DNA from: Bigelowiella natans CCMP2755
Lineage: Eukaryota; Protista; Cercozoa
NCBI GenBank assembly: GCA_000320545.1
Contig: ADNK01000778.1
Span: forward strand, 62,001-126,000
Length of the DNA: 64,000 nt
Direction: 5' to 3'
The translations under genes were made by a program, and so were the position numbers. The notes beneath the pieces are model-generated. The model worked only from the letters and a program-made list of their open reading frames with translations. It searched no databases and was not told where the DNA came from. Below are positions 30,421-43,300 of the stretch, piece by piece. The stretch's first letter is position 1. Every line of letters starts with the position of its first letter.

Positions 30421-30710
30421 ATAGGAGCAGAATAGAATGCTGGAGAGTATCAAACATGACAAAGGGCCTCGTGCTTATCGCTCCACGGCATTGTTACAGG
30501 TACGGCTTGCTTGCTCTCTGAGCCTTTAATAGTGTTATTTTCATCATCATAAAATCAGACAGTTGATATCAGCTGTTCAATCTTCTCATCTTCGTCTTGT
30601 TTGCATTGTGTTCATTCTTTTCTCAGGATGATGCTGCGGCCCTAGATGATGATGATGAGGATGAGGACGATGGTAGTACCTACCGACCGAAACTTGAAGA
30701 TTTTACATAG
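24891..30710 (+). CDS. Multi-exon protein of unknown function with N-terminal hydrophobic segment and acidic C-tail
   Basis: About 17 GT-AG exons join in compatible phase, e.g. MQSFIKWMQHQKKQ|ANYKDPFRGNLTKE|EEEKYLQELEALRK, DGWWYYHRHYNPKGTPVKVDYDR|WRDYEWERFAEW, ending DDDDEDEDDGSTYRPKLEDFT*. No family recognised. The junction between the first exons is unresolved. Confidence 0.7.
26037..26110 (+). repeat. (GAA)n microsatellite, about 24 units, intronic
   Basis: Uninterrupted GAA run, one of the longest pure SSRs in the window. Confidence 0.95.
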
Positions 30711-31008
30711 GGCTATATCCAAGCCCCTCAGATCTCATCACTCCTCAATGTTGTCGATCGAAGTGGTAACTTTTGATTGGTGTACTTTGCTATGTTGGAG
30801 GAATCACAGCCAATCACAGGCCTATTATTGTGTACGATGCAATAACACGCATACATCTTTACCGACATGCAATGCAAGTAGCACGTTGCGAATTCATGGA
30901 TATATACACGCAGCAGTAGCGGCCCACGTTTTGCACACTTTTGCTACATTGTACCGACATTCGATTCGTCGCTGCGTCGCCTCTTTATCCAGATATGAGA
31001 CGGATATA

Positions 31009-31206
31009 AGACGGATGTAATCAATTAAATTATAATTAAATTCTTTCAATGGTCATCCTAATGCCGTAGCTATTCAAAGTAACGGCTACAGCGCATATGT
31101 TGCATTGTATATGAATCCGGATATATGTGAGACGGATGCAATTCAATTAATCAAGTAAATTTGCTCAACAGTCATCCTTATGTAGCTGTGCAATGCAGCG
31201 GCTACA
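31009..31206 (+). repeat. Two tandem diverged copies of a roughly 80-90 bp dispersed repeat
   Basis: AGACGGATG(T/C)AAT...GTCATCCT...GTAGCT...CGGCTACA at 31009-31095 and 31129-31206. A related inverted copy lies at 60359-60436. Confidence 0.75.
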
Positions 31207-31852
31207 TACACGTGGCCGACGATTCTACATCAGAGCTTATTTCATTATAGGACAAATAGTGAACATTTGCGCTATACAAAGGAACTAGCGGGCTGTGTTG
31301 TGCGTCGCACATAGCAACTGCACATTCGCTGTGGAGGTTTTACATAACATCTACGTGAGCGCGAAAAAAACCTGTGCTATACCTAGCTACGAAATCACAC
31401 ATCACCAAAAACGGTGACAAAAGAATACTGTTTAATAGTAATGTAGCAACATTTCGGTATTGGAAATGCATGACAACAATAAAAGCAGTCATAGGCAGTG
31501 GTCCTGACTGTGCATCTATTTATCCAGGAAACATCACATTACTCAATTACGAGAAAATCTTAGCTATATCTTTGAAATTTTTATCATAGACACAATCGAA
31601 ATATGAAGTCCTCTCAACTGGATGAACGATGGGATGAAAAATTTGTGCAGTCATTACCGGGGTGAGTGTGGTGGATCCGAACGTAAAAAATTAATATAAT
31701 TCACTCGTATTACCAACTTGTAAGGTTGTTGTTGTTGCTGGTAGGACTAACACTAGTATGGGATGATGATGCAGTAGTTCCGTTCTTGCTGAGATTGTAA
31801 AGAATGGATAACAACTATTCTTTGGAAGAGCGACCGACCAAATTAGCAATGA

Positions 31853-32844
31853 TCACTGTCGGAAAATAGCCCAATGATGTAATTTTCTCATCAATTCATC
31901 ATCTAATTCCTTCTTCTCCTGAAAAGCGATGATATTTCGCTAATTTTATCATTTCTTTGACTTGATCCTATAAAATTTCTGTGGTTTAAAAATAAAAAAG
32001 TAGCATCATCAGAGATACTCACTCTAGCTGTGACAATGTATGAATTGGCACATCATACACGTGATCAAACACATTAATACCCTTTCCTGTGTTACACGCT
32101 GACGGGATCTCTTCCACGCTTTATCGCTTACGTCGAAGGCCACTAGATGAGCCATCTAGATTGTAATGAACGGCAGTTGTTAATTTATGATGGGGGCTAA
32201 GACAATAACAAACACCCTATTGTCACAAACGATGACTTCTACTATCAGAGGTGCAACTACCCATGAGCCGTTGAATGGATCCCCATTCTGACTACTCATT
32301 TGTTTTCCTAAATGGTAGTAGCAATCAAGCAGCAGTTAAGTCCTCCTCATCCATGATCGTAATGACCATGTCCGCACAACAACAATGACAACAACGGCGA
32401 CAACGGAGGAACAGCTGGAAGTCATCTACGATCTGCTGCTTGTCAAGTGCTTGTGATGTTGATTCCTCTAACATCTAGTACCAGCTTTCAGCTGTCTCTT
32501 GCTAACTCGTTTCTTGAACTTTGCTGCGTCGGTGTTTGCCTGTCACGTGAAGAACAAGCCTCATCACAAATACTACTCACCAGAGGGAATCAGTATCTGA
32601 GTCTTTGAATGCATACAAACGGATTAGTCCTCAGAGAAACATGAAGATTAGGGCTCTGCTAAAGTTATTCATCGCGACGACATTATTGCTACACTACTAC
32701 GACTACTTTTGTCCTTATGCCGCTCATGTGCTCCCTCATAAGGTGCAGGGATACGTGCACAAACCGACTTACTGAGAGCTCAGGACTGGAAAAAGATACA
32801 TCACACACAAACACGTACAATATGAGGAAGGAAATGTAGAGAGT

Positions 32845-32894
<50 letters not shown>

Positions 32895-33343
32895 GGGAGA
32901 TAGAGAGGGAGAAGGGAGAGTAAGTTTTTACAAACTATTGACTCTATATTGTAGGAGTTCCCTCAAGCATTCAGGCCTGCTCCTACCGCTACCGCTCTTC
33001 TTCCCATTGCAACCACCCCTCTTCATCCCTTACTCACTCTGTGTACTCCTCGAGGTATCTGAGCGCAATCTGAAGTTCTTGGAACGACATATCTTTTCCT
33101 TGACCTAAGTAACGTCAGCAGCATCATCGAATTAACTGGTCAGAGTTACGATTTTTGTGCCTTTGGCCATTTGCAAGCACTACTATATATTATTTTCATG
33201 CACTTTTCCACCTTTGCCCGCCAATGCGCGAAGATACTTTTCGAACTTTTTCCGGGGGAGTCGCCGGCCTTCTTCTGGGCGGAGTTCCATAAACCGTGCC
33301 ACCATGGCCGTCTACACATCGATGACGATGAAATATTATACAT

Positions 33344-33418
<75 letters not shown>

Positions 33419-34412
33419 AACCCGGACCTGGAGCCACATGCTGAACTCGAAAACACCAAGGAATTCGGGGCTAAAATAAAAGAAGCAGAAGAGAATATTT
33501 AGCGTCAGCTGTAATTAAATCGATCTTCGACTTCTTTGAACATATTGTTTCAGAGAAATTTTTTGTCCATTCTTCTGTCTCTCATTGTGGCCTTACATTG
33601 CTTTTTTCTCATCCGTTACAAATGCTCGATCGATAATCTGAGGGCAAGAGATCAATTCATCTGTGGAAGAAAGTTTTCATGTATGATTTTGAATGTGTTT
33701 TTTATCCAGGTATATTTTGCTACAATGTTGACACTATCTTCGATGCGCTGAAAAAGTTTCAGTTTCTTTTCCTTCCGTGGAGTTTGATACTCAAAATACT
33801 AAATAAAACTGGTACCCTATCAAGTTTTTGGTGGTACGTTCCCTCATCCCACTTGCTTTGCTTTAAGAAGATGACTTTCAGGAAGGTTCGCAACTAAATA
33901 ACAGCCACACACGCACAGTAGGATATTAAGAATCAAATCTTTGAATGCGAGAAGTTTCGCTCTCTTACACACCTCTGCTGAGTTTATCTTGCTGGAATCG
34001 TTAGCATCAAATTTGCTGAAAGTGAAGGATAAGATGTGAGATATCCTCTGATGTGAGAAGTACTGAGTGATTTCTGGTTTTCCCTTTACATTCTACGTAC
34101 TTGAAAATGGTCTTGATCATTTCGTGATTCTCTTTCATTAGGATCAGCATCTGAAAAGAGACGTATCAAAAGATCTGTGGAGTGCTGTGAGTTTTGGAGG
34201 GTTTCTTTCCGCCCAAAGCATACCTTGTCTCCATCGGCGAACTCCCGTATGTCGATCTCATCAGCCCTTCTGCACAGAGGGAATTGCAGGTAATGATTTT
34301 AGATACACATCCGTTTCTTTTTCAAGTTTCAAAGCCGTTGGAGATGGTGGACAAACCTGTCTTCGCTATCTTCTCCTCCAGGAGCCACTTTGGTGGCCAT
34401 GCATATTCCCAT
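31853..34412 (-). CDS. Small multi-exon EF-hand protein with N-terminal acylation motif (MGIC)
   Basis: MGICMATKVAPGGEDSEDR|RADEIDIREFADGDK|MLILMKENHEMIKTIFN|KFDANDSSKINSAE|LRTFLK contains a canonical DxNxSxxIxxxE EF loop. Downstream exons and the stop (AIFRQ*, 31853) are less certain. Confidence 0.6.
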
Positions 34413-35415
34413 AGTAACGGCCTAGGCTTTCGTTCGCAATGCGCGAAGATAGCCAAGGGTGGAGGGAGGTGGATGGAGACTTGCACTTTTCGCAACAAGG
34501 CTACAAAAGTTCGGATGGAATTTTTTCCCCCCTTCTTCGAACGATGCTAACACTCACCGCACGTACGTGGGGGAAGGTGCAAATGTTACGAATTCTGTCG
34601 GTTCCATGTCGTTAATAAACCTCAACAATCACCATGCATTTTTTATTTTATCTAGTCATTTTGCATGTCGCAGAGGCAATTCCTAGTTTGTTGCTCCAAT
34701 CTCGGGGAGTTGACGAAACAGCCCATATCACGCTTCTGAGACAATAAAAAGGCATGTCTCTAAAGAGAAAACGTACCTGTCTTCTCAAGTCTATTTTCTA
34801 TCGAGGTAATTTCCATGGATTGGCGCAACAAGTGGCGCCTGGCACAAAAAACAATGAATGTGAAGCGCAGCGCTCCCGCAATGTGCTGGTGCGGAGCGCT
34901 GGATGACGTGCATGCAAATACGATCGATGAAGCGCAGGTCTGCGAGGTGCGACCACGCTAGCACGCACCGCCACGGTCAGACAAACGACAATGAGCTCGA
35001 GGTCGAGCTAGAGCACACAATCGTTGCACGCACGCACACTGCTAGACTGCGCCAACATTGCACACTGCTGTCACACAGCTGCGGACAATCTAGCAATGTG
35101 CATGTGTCCGCATCGTCAACGTGCGACTGGCGCTGCTAGCGCTGCATGCTGTCGCACGATGCATGACGCATGTGCATGCATGCACAACTCCACGCTAGCA
35201 CGTGAGCGCGACAATTTTGGAATTGCAATCATTGTGCATGCGGCACATCTTGACATGTTCCATTTTGCATCTAGCTTGTTACATCACTTTTCGGTGGCAA
35301 CGTCGTTGTCATTTGGGGGAGGTGCAACGATCAATTTCCCCTTGTGATTCAAGCTCACAGTTACCTTCACCTTGAATGTGACAACATGAACACATTCACA
35401 ATTAGAACAATTAGA

Positions 35416-38400
35416 TCAAGAAATTTCAACAATCTTTCGATTGACCTTGGGCCCCATGCCTTTTTCTTCGCTGACCTCTTTCGCCAACACAGTTGGGTCC
35501 TAAATTTGGTTGAGTGTGCTTCCAGTAAACTAGAGCCACATCTAGCTACAAGTTGAGTTGTACAATGCAAACCTTGAGGAGCTCTTTGACCGCAGTGTTG
35601 AACACTTTCTTCTCTGCAGTTGATATTACTCCCATCTTGTAGTCTTTCTTAAGAGCCTGCAGGCAAATATAATTGGAGGTGGGCGATAGCTTCCAGGAAC
35701 ATCCACTCTTTAGACAGAGAAATTAAATTAACCACCTTTTTTAATTCTCTTCTCTCGTCCTCGTCTTCTCTCTCAGAAACTGTCGCGATCAAACTCTGCG
35801 AGTAACGCATCCCAAAAGTTTGTTCATTGTAGTTCGTTACAAGAAATTATTTCAAACGATGAGCACACAAAAGCGTTCCTTTTGTCATCACGAAAAACAT
35901 CTGTTCTCAATTTAGAAAGAAAGAGAATTACAATGTGAAAGGGAAGGGATACTAATTAATGTGTGTCAGTGACCTTTCCATCAAGCCCGTGAAACTTGAC
36001 GTACGATTCTAGGTGCTTTCTAATCTGAAATGTAGCTACGTGAAATTGGGTATTCGAGAAACATAACTTATTGAGTGAGTGGGGATGATGCTTGCTTACC
36101 TCAGCGGTTTGCAATGATATTATTGGGCTTTTTCCAACCCATGCCCTCACCTAAGGGTCATTTTGAGTTTACTTTCATACCAGGATTGTCCCTTTCCAAT
36201 GTAAAAGTTTTATATACACACCTGCTCTTTGGACCATAACATTACTGGAAAGTGCCATTCATTCTTGTAATCCCATAGGTCTTTCTGAACAATGCCAGCA
36301 AACGCATGAGCAATATCTAAAAATATTGCCTACGTACTATATTTCACTCTTTCTCTCTCTCTTTCCATCCCCCCCCCTTTCTCTCGCTCTCTATCTCTAC
36401 TCCTCGACCACGTCTTCCCCTATCTTTTTGCACAAACATGTACATCCTAATCACCCAAACTACCTCGCTTTCAGTAGCTAATATAAACTTACACACGAAT
36501 TTGCAAAATTTTAATATGCACCACGCCGCATTTGGTACACAGTACTAATCACCTTTGATGCAAATTCTTTTGATGGAGGTTTGGACTCGACTTCAAACTC
36601 CTCGACCACGTCTTCCCCTATCTTTTTGCACAAACATGTACATCGGAACAATTCACCTAACGCTACTGAACAGTTTTCTATAACTACCTTTGTGACCGTG
36701 GGGTCCAACCACTTCGTTGTTGAGACATGACCTATACCTGTCGTGGTAAAGGAATTTCAAAGTGTACTTAAGATACATCTTCCTCTAGGTTATTATTGGA
36801 GGGAATCTCAGACCTATGACTGTGTGCTGGGTTTCTACTTTCGGAGCTTCTTCCTCTCTAGAGCATATCAGACAAGATCATCATCGTAAAACTTCATTCC
36901 ACTCGAAAAGTACTGTTTCCGACTTCTTTTCTTCTTCGTCATTTTTTCCCTCTTCTTCCGGTACCAAGCTTGTGGTTATTGTGTCCTTCCTAAAAACGAC
37001 ACACGGTAAGAAGTTCCCCAATGTCAGGGGAAAATACCGCTTTCAGGGACTACCTTACCAACGTGATGTCTATTCCAAGTACTGCAAAATACCGATACCT
37101 AATCGGTAGTGGCGGAGAGGAGTTTATTTATTATAGGATGCAAGGTGCTTGTGTTTTTTTCATATGTTTTGAATCTCTGGCATCACTACCATCGAAGATC
37201 AGGTTTAAATTCCGTCCTTCGTTCTTCTTGGAATTCGATGTCACCTGCGGAGAATGTGAACCCATTCAATCCCTTTCAAAATTCCTCGCTAGTTCTCCGT
37301 GTCTAAAACTTCAACTTTGGTAAAAGTTGGCAAAACTACCTTCTTCAGGGTTGTGCACCATTGCCTTAGTTTCGAACAGATCTCCATTCCCAAGCCGTAC
37401 AATAGCGAGGAATTCCGAAGTGACATCAGTCTATGTTATTGCAATGTTTAATGTATGGAGAAGATGTGGGTTCTGTCTTCTCTAAAGCTCTGTTGACCTG
37501 GTAGCCCTCAGGCGGCTCTGGGGCCGTATATTCGAGAAGATTTTCTGGTATACTCGATATAGTCTTTATCGCAATTGAAAAGCTTGCCTATAGTTTGGAA
37601 AAAAGAGAAACAGAAGTAACCCAATCGCTTAATTTCTGTCTGAAGAATTTCGCTTGGAATATACCGTAGATGCGATGCCCGTGCTAAGTTCCTGTGCACC
37701 ATCCGACCCGTGCTTGCCCTCACCACTCTGTATCTCATCGACTCCTGAGTGATGAAGGGACATGGTTTTATTTTCGACGCCAGCAGCAGATATACTAGAA
37801 TCGCGTTTATCTTAGACGCACCCTCCCCCTTGCCACTCTTTTCATCCGCTTTATCAGCATCCTCTGCGCTTGATTCTTCCTTCTCTGACTCCCTCTTTTG
37901 CTCCGCTGCCTCTGCATCGTCGTCGTAGATTTTCTTCGTCTTCACGCCATCCAGTAACTGCCAATGTTGGTGTAAAATCAGAAGCTACTCAGATTATCTA
38001 GTTATCACAAAAGGCTGAGAATCTTCTGAACATACGGTGAGGGTGGGAACTGCCTCTCTGATGGCTTTATAGTAATGGGGAAGCAAGCAAATTGGATTTC
38101 CTAAGGGTGGTTGATGAAGGGTTGAAAAGATATTGAGAAGACATCGGTCCTTTATTACACCGAGGGTTGAACGAGAATTTGAATTGCTTTGTACCGATGA
38201 GGAATAAGTGCCGCAAGCTTGTAAAGCTTTTGAGTTCCGACACCACATGTTCTGTGAGCAGGTAAAGGATGATTCACCATTAATAAAATTGGAAAGAAAC
38301 AAAGGTGTAGAGATCGGAGGGCTCATAGAGTCTTGACACAACCTAGATCTGTGATATTGTTGAAGCTGAGGTCTAAGGACAACAGCGATTCTCGTGCCTG

Positions 38401-39921
38401 TGAAATTGTGCAAGTGGAGAAAGAGGCGTGCGTTAATGTGCGTATGTAATTGAAAGCAGTGGTAGAAGGTCTGTATGAGATATTCAACCACCTGCCTCAG
38501 TTGATTCAGATGCGTAATCTTATTATAACCTAAACCTGTTGTTCAAAGACGTAAGTTAGAACTACGTTTTGTAGAGTCATACACTGAAGTAACTCACCCA
38601 GGTGTAAAACGGTCGAGGGGCTTGGCAGGAAAACATCCGTAATGTGATTATCGTATGCTTGTAAGATCTAACAGATGCATTGCTGTTAGGTCAGATTAAT
38701 ACAGCAAACTATTTCTATAGCTTTGGTGAGTATTTGACCGAGATCTTGTTGGGGAGATTGTCCACTAATTCGAGGTCGTTGTGGCTAACATCCAACTCTG
38801 AAACATGTCAGGATGAATTGAACGATGAGTCATGAGTCTCGTCTATCAAAGATAAGCAAATAAAAAAGTAAACTCTGCACCAATAAGGAATTCTGTACAC
38901 TACAACCGGAAAGATTTATGAGCTCTGAAAGTCCTGAGTCTAATCGTGTCAACTCGTGCGACGAAAAGTCGACTTGTTTGAAGAAGGACAGCAGATACTC
39001 ACTTCCGCGCCAAGTGACCTGCATGAAAGATACTTTTTATTTCATGCCTTAGTCTCGTGCGGAAAATGTTAACTGATAGGTAATTATCGTACCGGTGGCG
39101 CTGATTTTGCCTTAACAATTCTACCCAATGCTTTTTCTCGGAGGTACCGTATGTGTCTGCATGAGAAGAACTATCACAATTGATGACTCATTTCTGCATA
39201 TCTACATTCACATATGCGACCTGAAAACCATATGGGATTCTAGATGTAATGATCTTTGGAGTTTTACGGCCTATGACATGACAGAACGTAAATGAAAAGT
39301 ATATTCAGCATTGTTGCGGATTTATTGATCTGCTTAGTGGCTTTGTACCTGTTTGCTAAAACTGTAGTCTTCCTCATCAGCATCCTCCTGAGCACGGAAA
39401 AAAGTTTTTCGAAAAGAGAAGCTTATTATGAAATGAAAATATGCTGAGCGAGGTTCGCCTTACTTTTCTAGTCTCGTCGTACGCAAACTTCGGGCCTGGT
39501 CTTGGTTGTTTGACACCTCGAATCCTAGCACAGAGCAGTGACGTAAGAAAATTATGAACTTGAGAACTTGTTTGGAGTATGCTTCCACCTTTCATTCGGG
39601 ATTCTATCGTCCACATCGACGATGCACAAGCCATCGATCTGACAGCAGAGCGATAATATTACGTTATGACTTTCGCTAATGAATCGCCATAACATTGATA
39701 TTTCACCTTCTTCCATAGAAGATGGCCAAAGGTCACCTCCATGTTACTTTGTTTGTCGAATGGGACGTTCGGATACACAAAGCAACTCGCTTTCAGAAAG
39801 CAAATAGTGCCTGTCTCACACCGAGGCGCTGTGTCAGTTATGGTCGACGTGTATGTAACGGTTAACTCTGTAATCCAGAATCCATCGGGGGAACATCATC
39901 TTCCAACTTGGAAGAAGTCAT
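35416..39921 (-). CDS. LRRC43: Leucine-rich repeat protein, LRRC43-like, multi-exon
   Basis: YLLSFFKQVDFSSHELTRLDSGLSELINLSELDVSHNDLELVDNLP..ILQAYDNHI..LHLGLGYNKI..LLSLDLSFNNITDL..LILIGNPICLLPHYYKAIREAVPTLTLLDG follows, from memory, the LRR order and LRRcap of animal LRRC43. Start codon is approximate; ends VNRKIVEIS*. Confidence 0.75.
36399..36644 (-). repeat. Exact 48-bp duplication (exon copy plus intronic copy)
   Basis: ACTCCTCGACCACGTCTTCCCCTATCTTTTTGCACAAACATGTACATC at 36399-36446 and 36597-36644. Confidence 0.95.
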
Positions 39922-40366
39922 TATTCGGGAAGCAAAAAGTTCTTCTCAGTTGGCTTTCACCAAACTTGTCCAAAATATATCCTGAGAATATCTTACATCT
40001 ATATGGACGGTTTTCTCCGAAGCAACTGCGGTTTGCCAGAATTTCCAGAATTGTGTTGTTCTTGTTGTTTCACTGCCGCAAACCTGGAGAAGACAACCAG
40101 TAGAACACAGGCTTAAAAAAAATGTGCAATCTTTTAGCATTTTGTTGGATATTTCCAGCTCACATGGCTACCGACTATTCTTAGACACCATTGATTTTTC
40201 CACATAATAAAACAAATAGGCTGCACATGTATAGATAAAATGCCTAATATTTCTTGACAGAAGACTCTTAATTCACATAAGCCAATATCTATCTCCACTC
40301 CCTCGATCGCTTCATTGGCAAAAGACAAGCACTCCAAAAGGGTGCACCCCTTACGTGGCATCTAAG
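39922..40366. promoter_or_regulatory. Putative bidirectional promoter (LRRC43-like / TBC gene)
   Basis: Divergent start codons about 445 bp apart. Confidence 0.45.
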
Positions 40367-43300
40367 ATGCAGAAAGTCCGAAGCATCTTCGGAACTCTTT
40401 TAGGCCGCAAGAGGACCTTCACCTTTAAGAAACAGGATGTGGAAAAGGAGAACCAGAGGCAGGCACAAGTAAGAAGCCGGCTACGGTGGCAGGAAGATCA
40501 GTTCTTTACAACTTCTGCTTCTTGTAGGTGTGGAAGGACGTTGTCGAACCGATGATGAAAATATTCGAGACTGGAGACTACAAACGTAACTTGTGACCAC
40601 TCTCACCTCTCGCGCTCCTCGAGAAATCTCATTCTTCTATCATATTTAGATGATGGTATACCGGATAATCCCTTGAAAGATGATAACTCCGAATCCACTA
40701 GTAGCAAGGACAAATCTGATCATAGAAGGAGCTCATTCAGAAGCAGTAGATCGAGTGTTTCCCTTCCCTCGAACGAGTTGGATCTTGAAGTCACGGCAGG
40801 AAGCAACCCCACTTCATGGGTTCTACTTATTGGCGATATACAAACTATGATAGTTGTACTATGACTTGTTGCCATTTTACTTGCAAAAGCTCTGCTACAA
40901 TAGTTACAAAATTGAAGTAAATAATAAGCTTTGGTGCTTTGCTCAGAACTATGAAGATCTCGATTTTTTTCCTCCATTCAATTTATTCCATCATGCCAGA
41001 CACCTGAAGAAAAGCTCCAAGAATACTTGAAGCACAACGAGGAGGTAAACTTTATAATAAAATTATACGAGATTTAGGAATACTCACGATTTACTTTCTT
41101 GCGCGCGCAAATTTTAAGATCGAAGAAGTCAACGCCAAGATAGAAGTGGCTTTTTACACACCCCAAGACCCACAGGTTCACACAGACAGCAAGACTTTAG
41201 AGGTGGGGAACGCATATAATCACAGTTGTGCAATGATATCTAACAGCAAACCTCAAATTTTGCCCAACGTATCAACTTCAGGCAATGCATAACAAGTTGA
41301 AAGAGTTATCTCTGGCGCTGGTGAACACTCAGGAACAAGTCTACGAGGCCCTTTGTTCGCGATATCCGCTTCTTTACAAGTCAGCCTCCTTTTCCTCCCC
41401 TCTTCTTCGCACTCTATATTCAATATTATTCTAATCGAAGCAAGGATTCAATGAGAATATAATTTCAGGCATAATGTACACCCTTCACGGATGGTCGTTT
41501 ATCACTTCGCGAAGAAGTATCGCTTCCTATATCGCCAAGGAGGAGAATGTGCATCACAGGTCTGCCAGGCGACACAAGAGAACTACATTGCATGTTTATG
41601 GTGATCACGGATATATGATCCCCCCCCCCCCCTTCATATTGTCAGATTCGAAGTCTTCTGTGGGAAGTGTGCAGTCTCTCTGAGGTTGAGAAAACGAAGT
41701 ACAAGTCTTTTGAATTTGTGCCTACCGGCGCTGGTAAAGATGGTGGAGCTGGAATGAAGACTGGGCCCTCCGCATACTTTGAATCTCTTCTAGCAGAGTC
41801 AAAGTACTTCCCATGTGCTGCGGATATTAATGATAATGGTTATGAATGGCAGCGAGTGATGTCACGCTATGATATATTACAACGAAGCTTTGATCTTTTG
41901 TCATGCGTTGGAACGACTTAATTAATATGTCCTTCTCCTCGCCAATAACAACTTAGAAAACATGAAAATGACACGGACCTTCAGTCGAAGCAGAGGCTAA
42001 TACTAGAGCAAATCGACAAGGACATTCATAGAACCCTGGCTGATGAAAGGTTCATCATCTTGCGTGCGTCCACACAATCCCCCCACCCCACCCTACCTTT
42101 CTATATAAAATATATGACATATATTTCTTCCTCCCTTTTCATTTTCTGTAACAATAAATCATGCGGCACGTCAATGAACATACAACACATAATGACAGCT
42201 ACTTTGGGGAGCACGAGGAGAATAACCTGAAGCTTCGTAATGTGCTAAGAGCATTCTCAATTCACCATCCAAAAATTGGCTACTGTCAGTCTATGAACTT
42301 TGTTGCTGGAGGTAAGTCTTTCTGCATTCAATCCAATATCTCTTACACTTTCTGATACTGACTTCTTTCGTCTTCTTCTTTGTCCTTTCCTTCTAATGCT
42401 ATCTCTTTCTTCTCTTTCTGTTCCCTTTTGCGTGCTCACTTTTCGCTGGATAGGACTCCTGATGATCTTTGATGACGAAGAAAGGACATTTTGGGTCTTG
42501 TGCCGACTGGTATTTTGAGCTAGTTTCCTCACGGGAGAGAGAAGGGGAGAAGTAAGATAATGATGCAATGCTAATAGGAGTATTGTGTGAAAAACTTAGA
42601 TTCTTGAAATCATGCCAACGGACTATTACTCCCTTTCGATGTCAGGGGTTGTAACAGACGTACAGGTAGCGCAATCAATTCAACAATATGGATTCTTCCA
42701 TAATCATTTCTAACATAATTTCTATCATCATTCTCTGAAACGAAAGCTTAGTTGCATTACTTGCAAAAGTTTCATACTACAGCTGATCTATGTCATTGTT
42801 GTTGACCTTGTACTGTTTCTTTTCCTTCGTTTCTTCCTTTTATGATAAGGTACTGGGAAAACTTCTAAAGCAACATCATCCTGCTGTGGATTCCTTGCTT
42901 GAGAGGCTCGAGGTTACATGTTGTTCTTGCTACATGATCAAAAAGATGTTCAAACACACATCCACACCTGCACGCACATTTCCATCATCTTCCTGGTTTT
43001 ATGTCTGATTTTGTTAATATCATCCTTGCTATCATCATCATCTTGCTTGGCAATACTAATGATAACTTGCAGCTGCAAGTACCGACATTTATCCATAATA
43101 ACAATTATGGCGACAACATCAACAAAAATAGCACAACTCCTGCACCTACTACCGCTTACGATAGGTGAAGTTGGAGATCTTGTGCTGCCACATGCTGATG
43201 TCGCTGTGTTTTGGAGCTGCGCCCCTCCCAGTTGCACAGCGCTGCATGGACCTGGTATGGTGTGTGGGAGAGTGATTTGGGATGCGATTGGAAGTGACTC

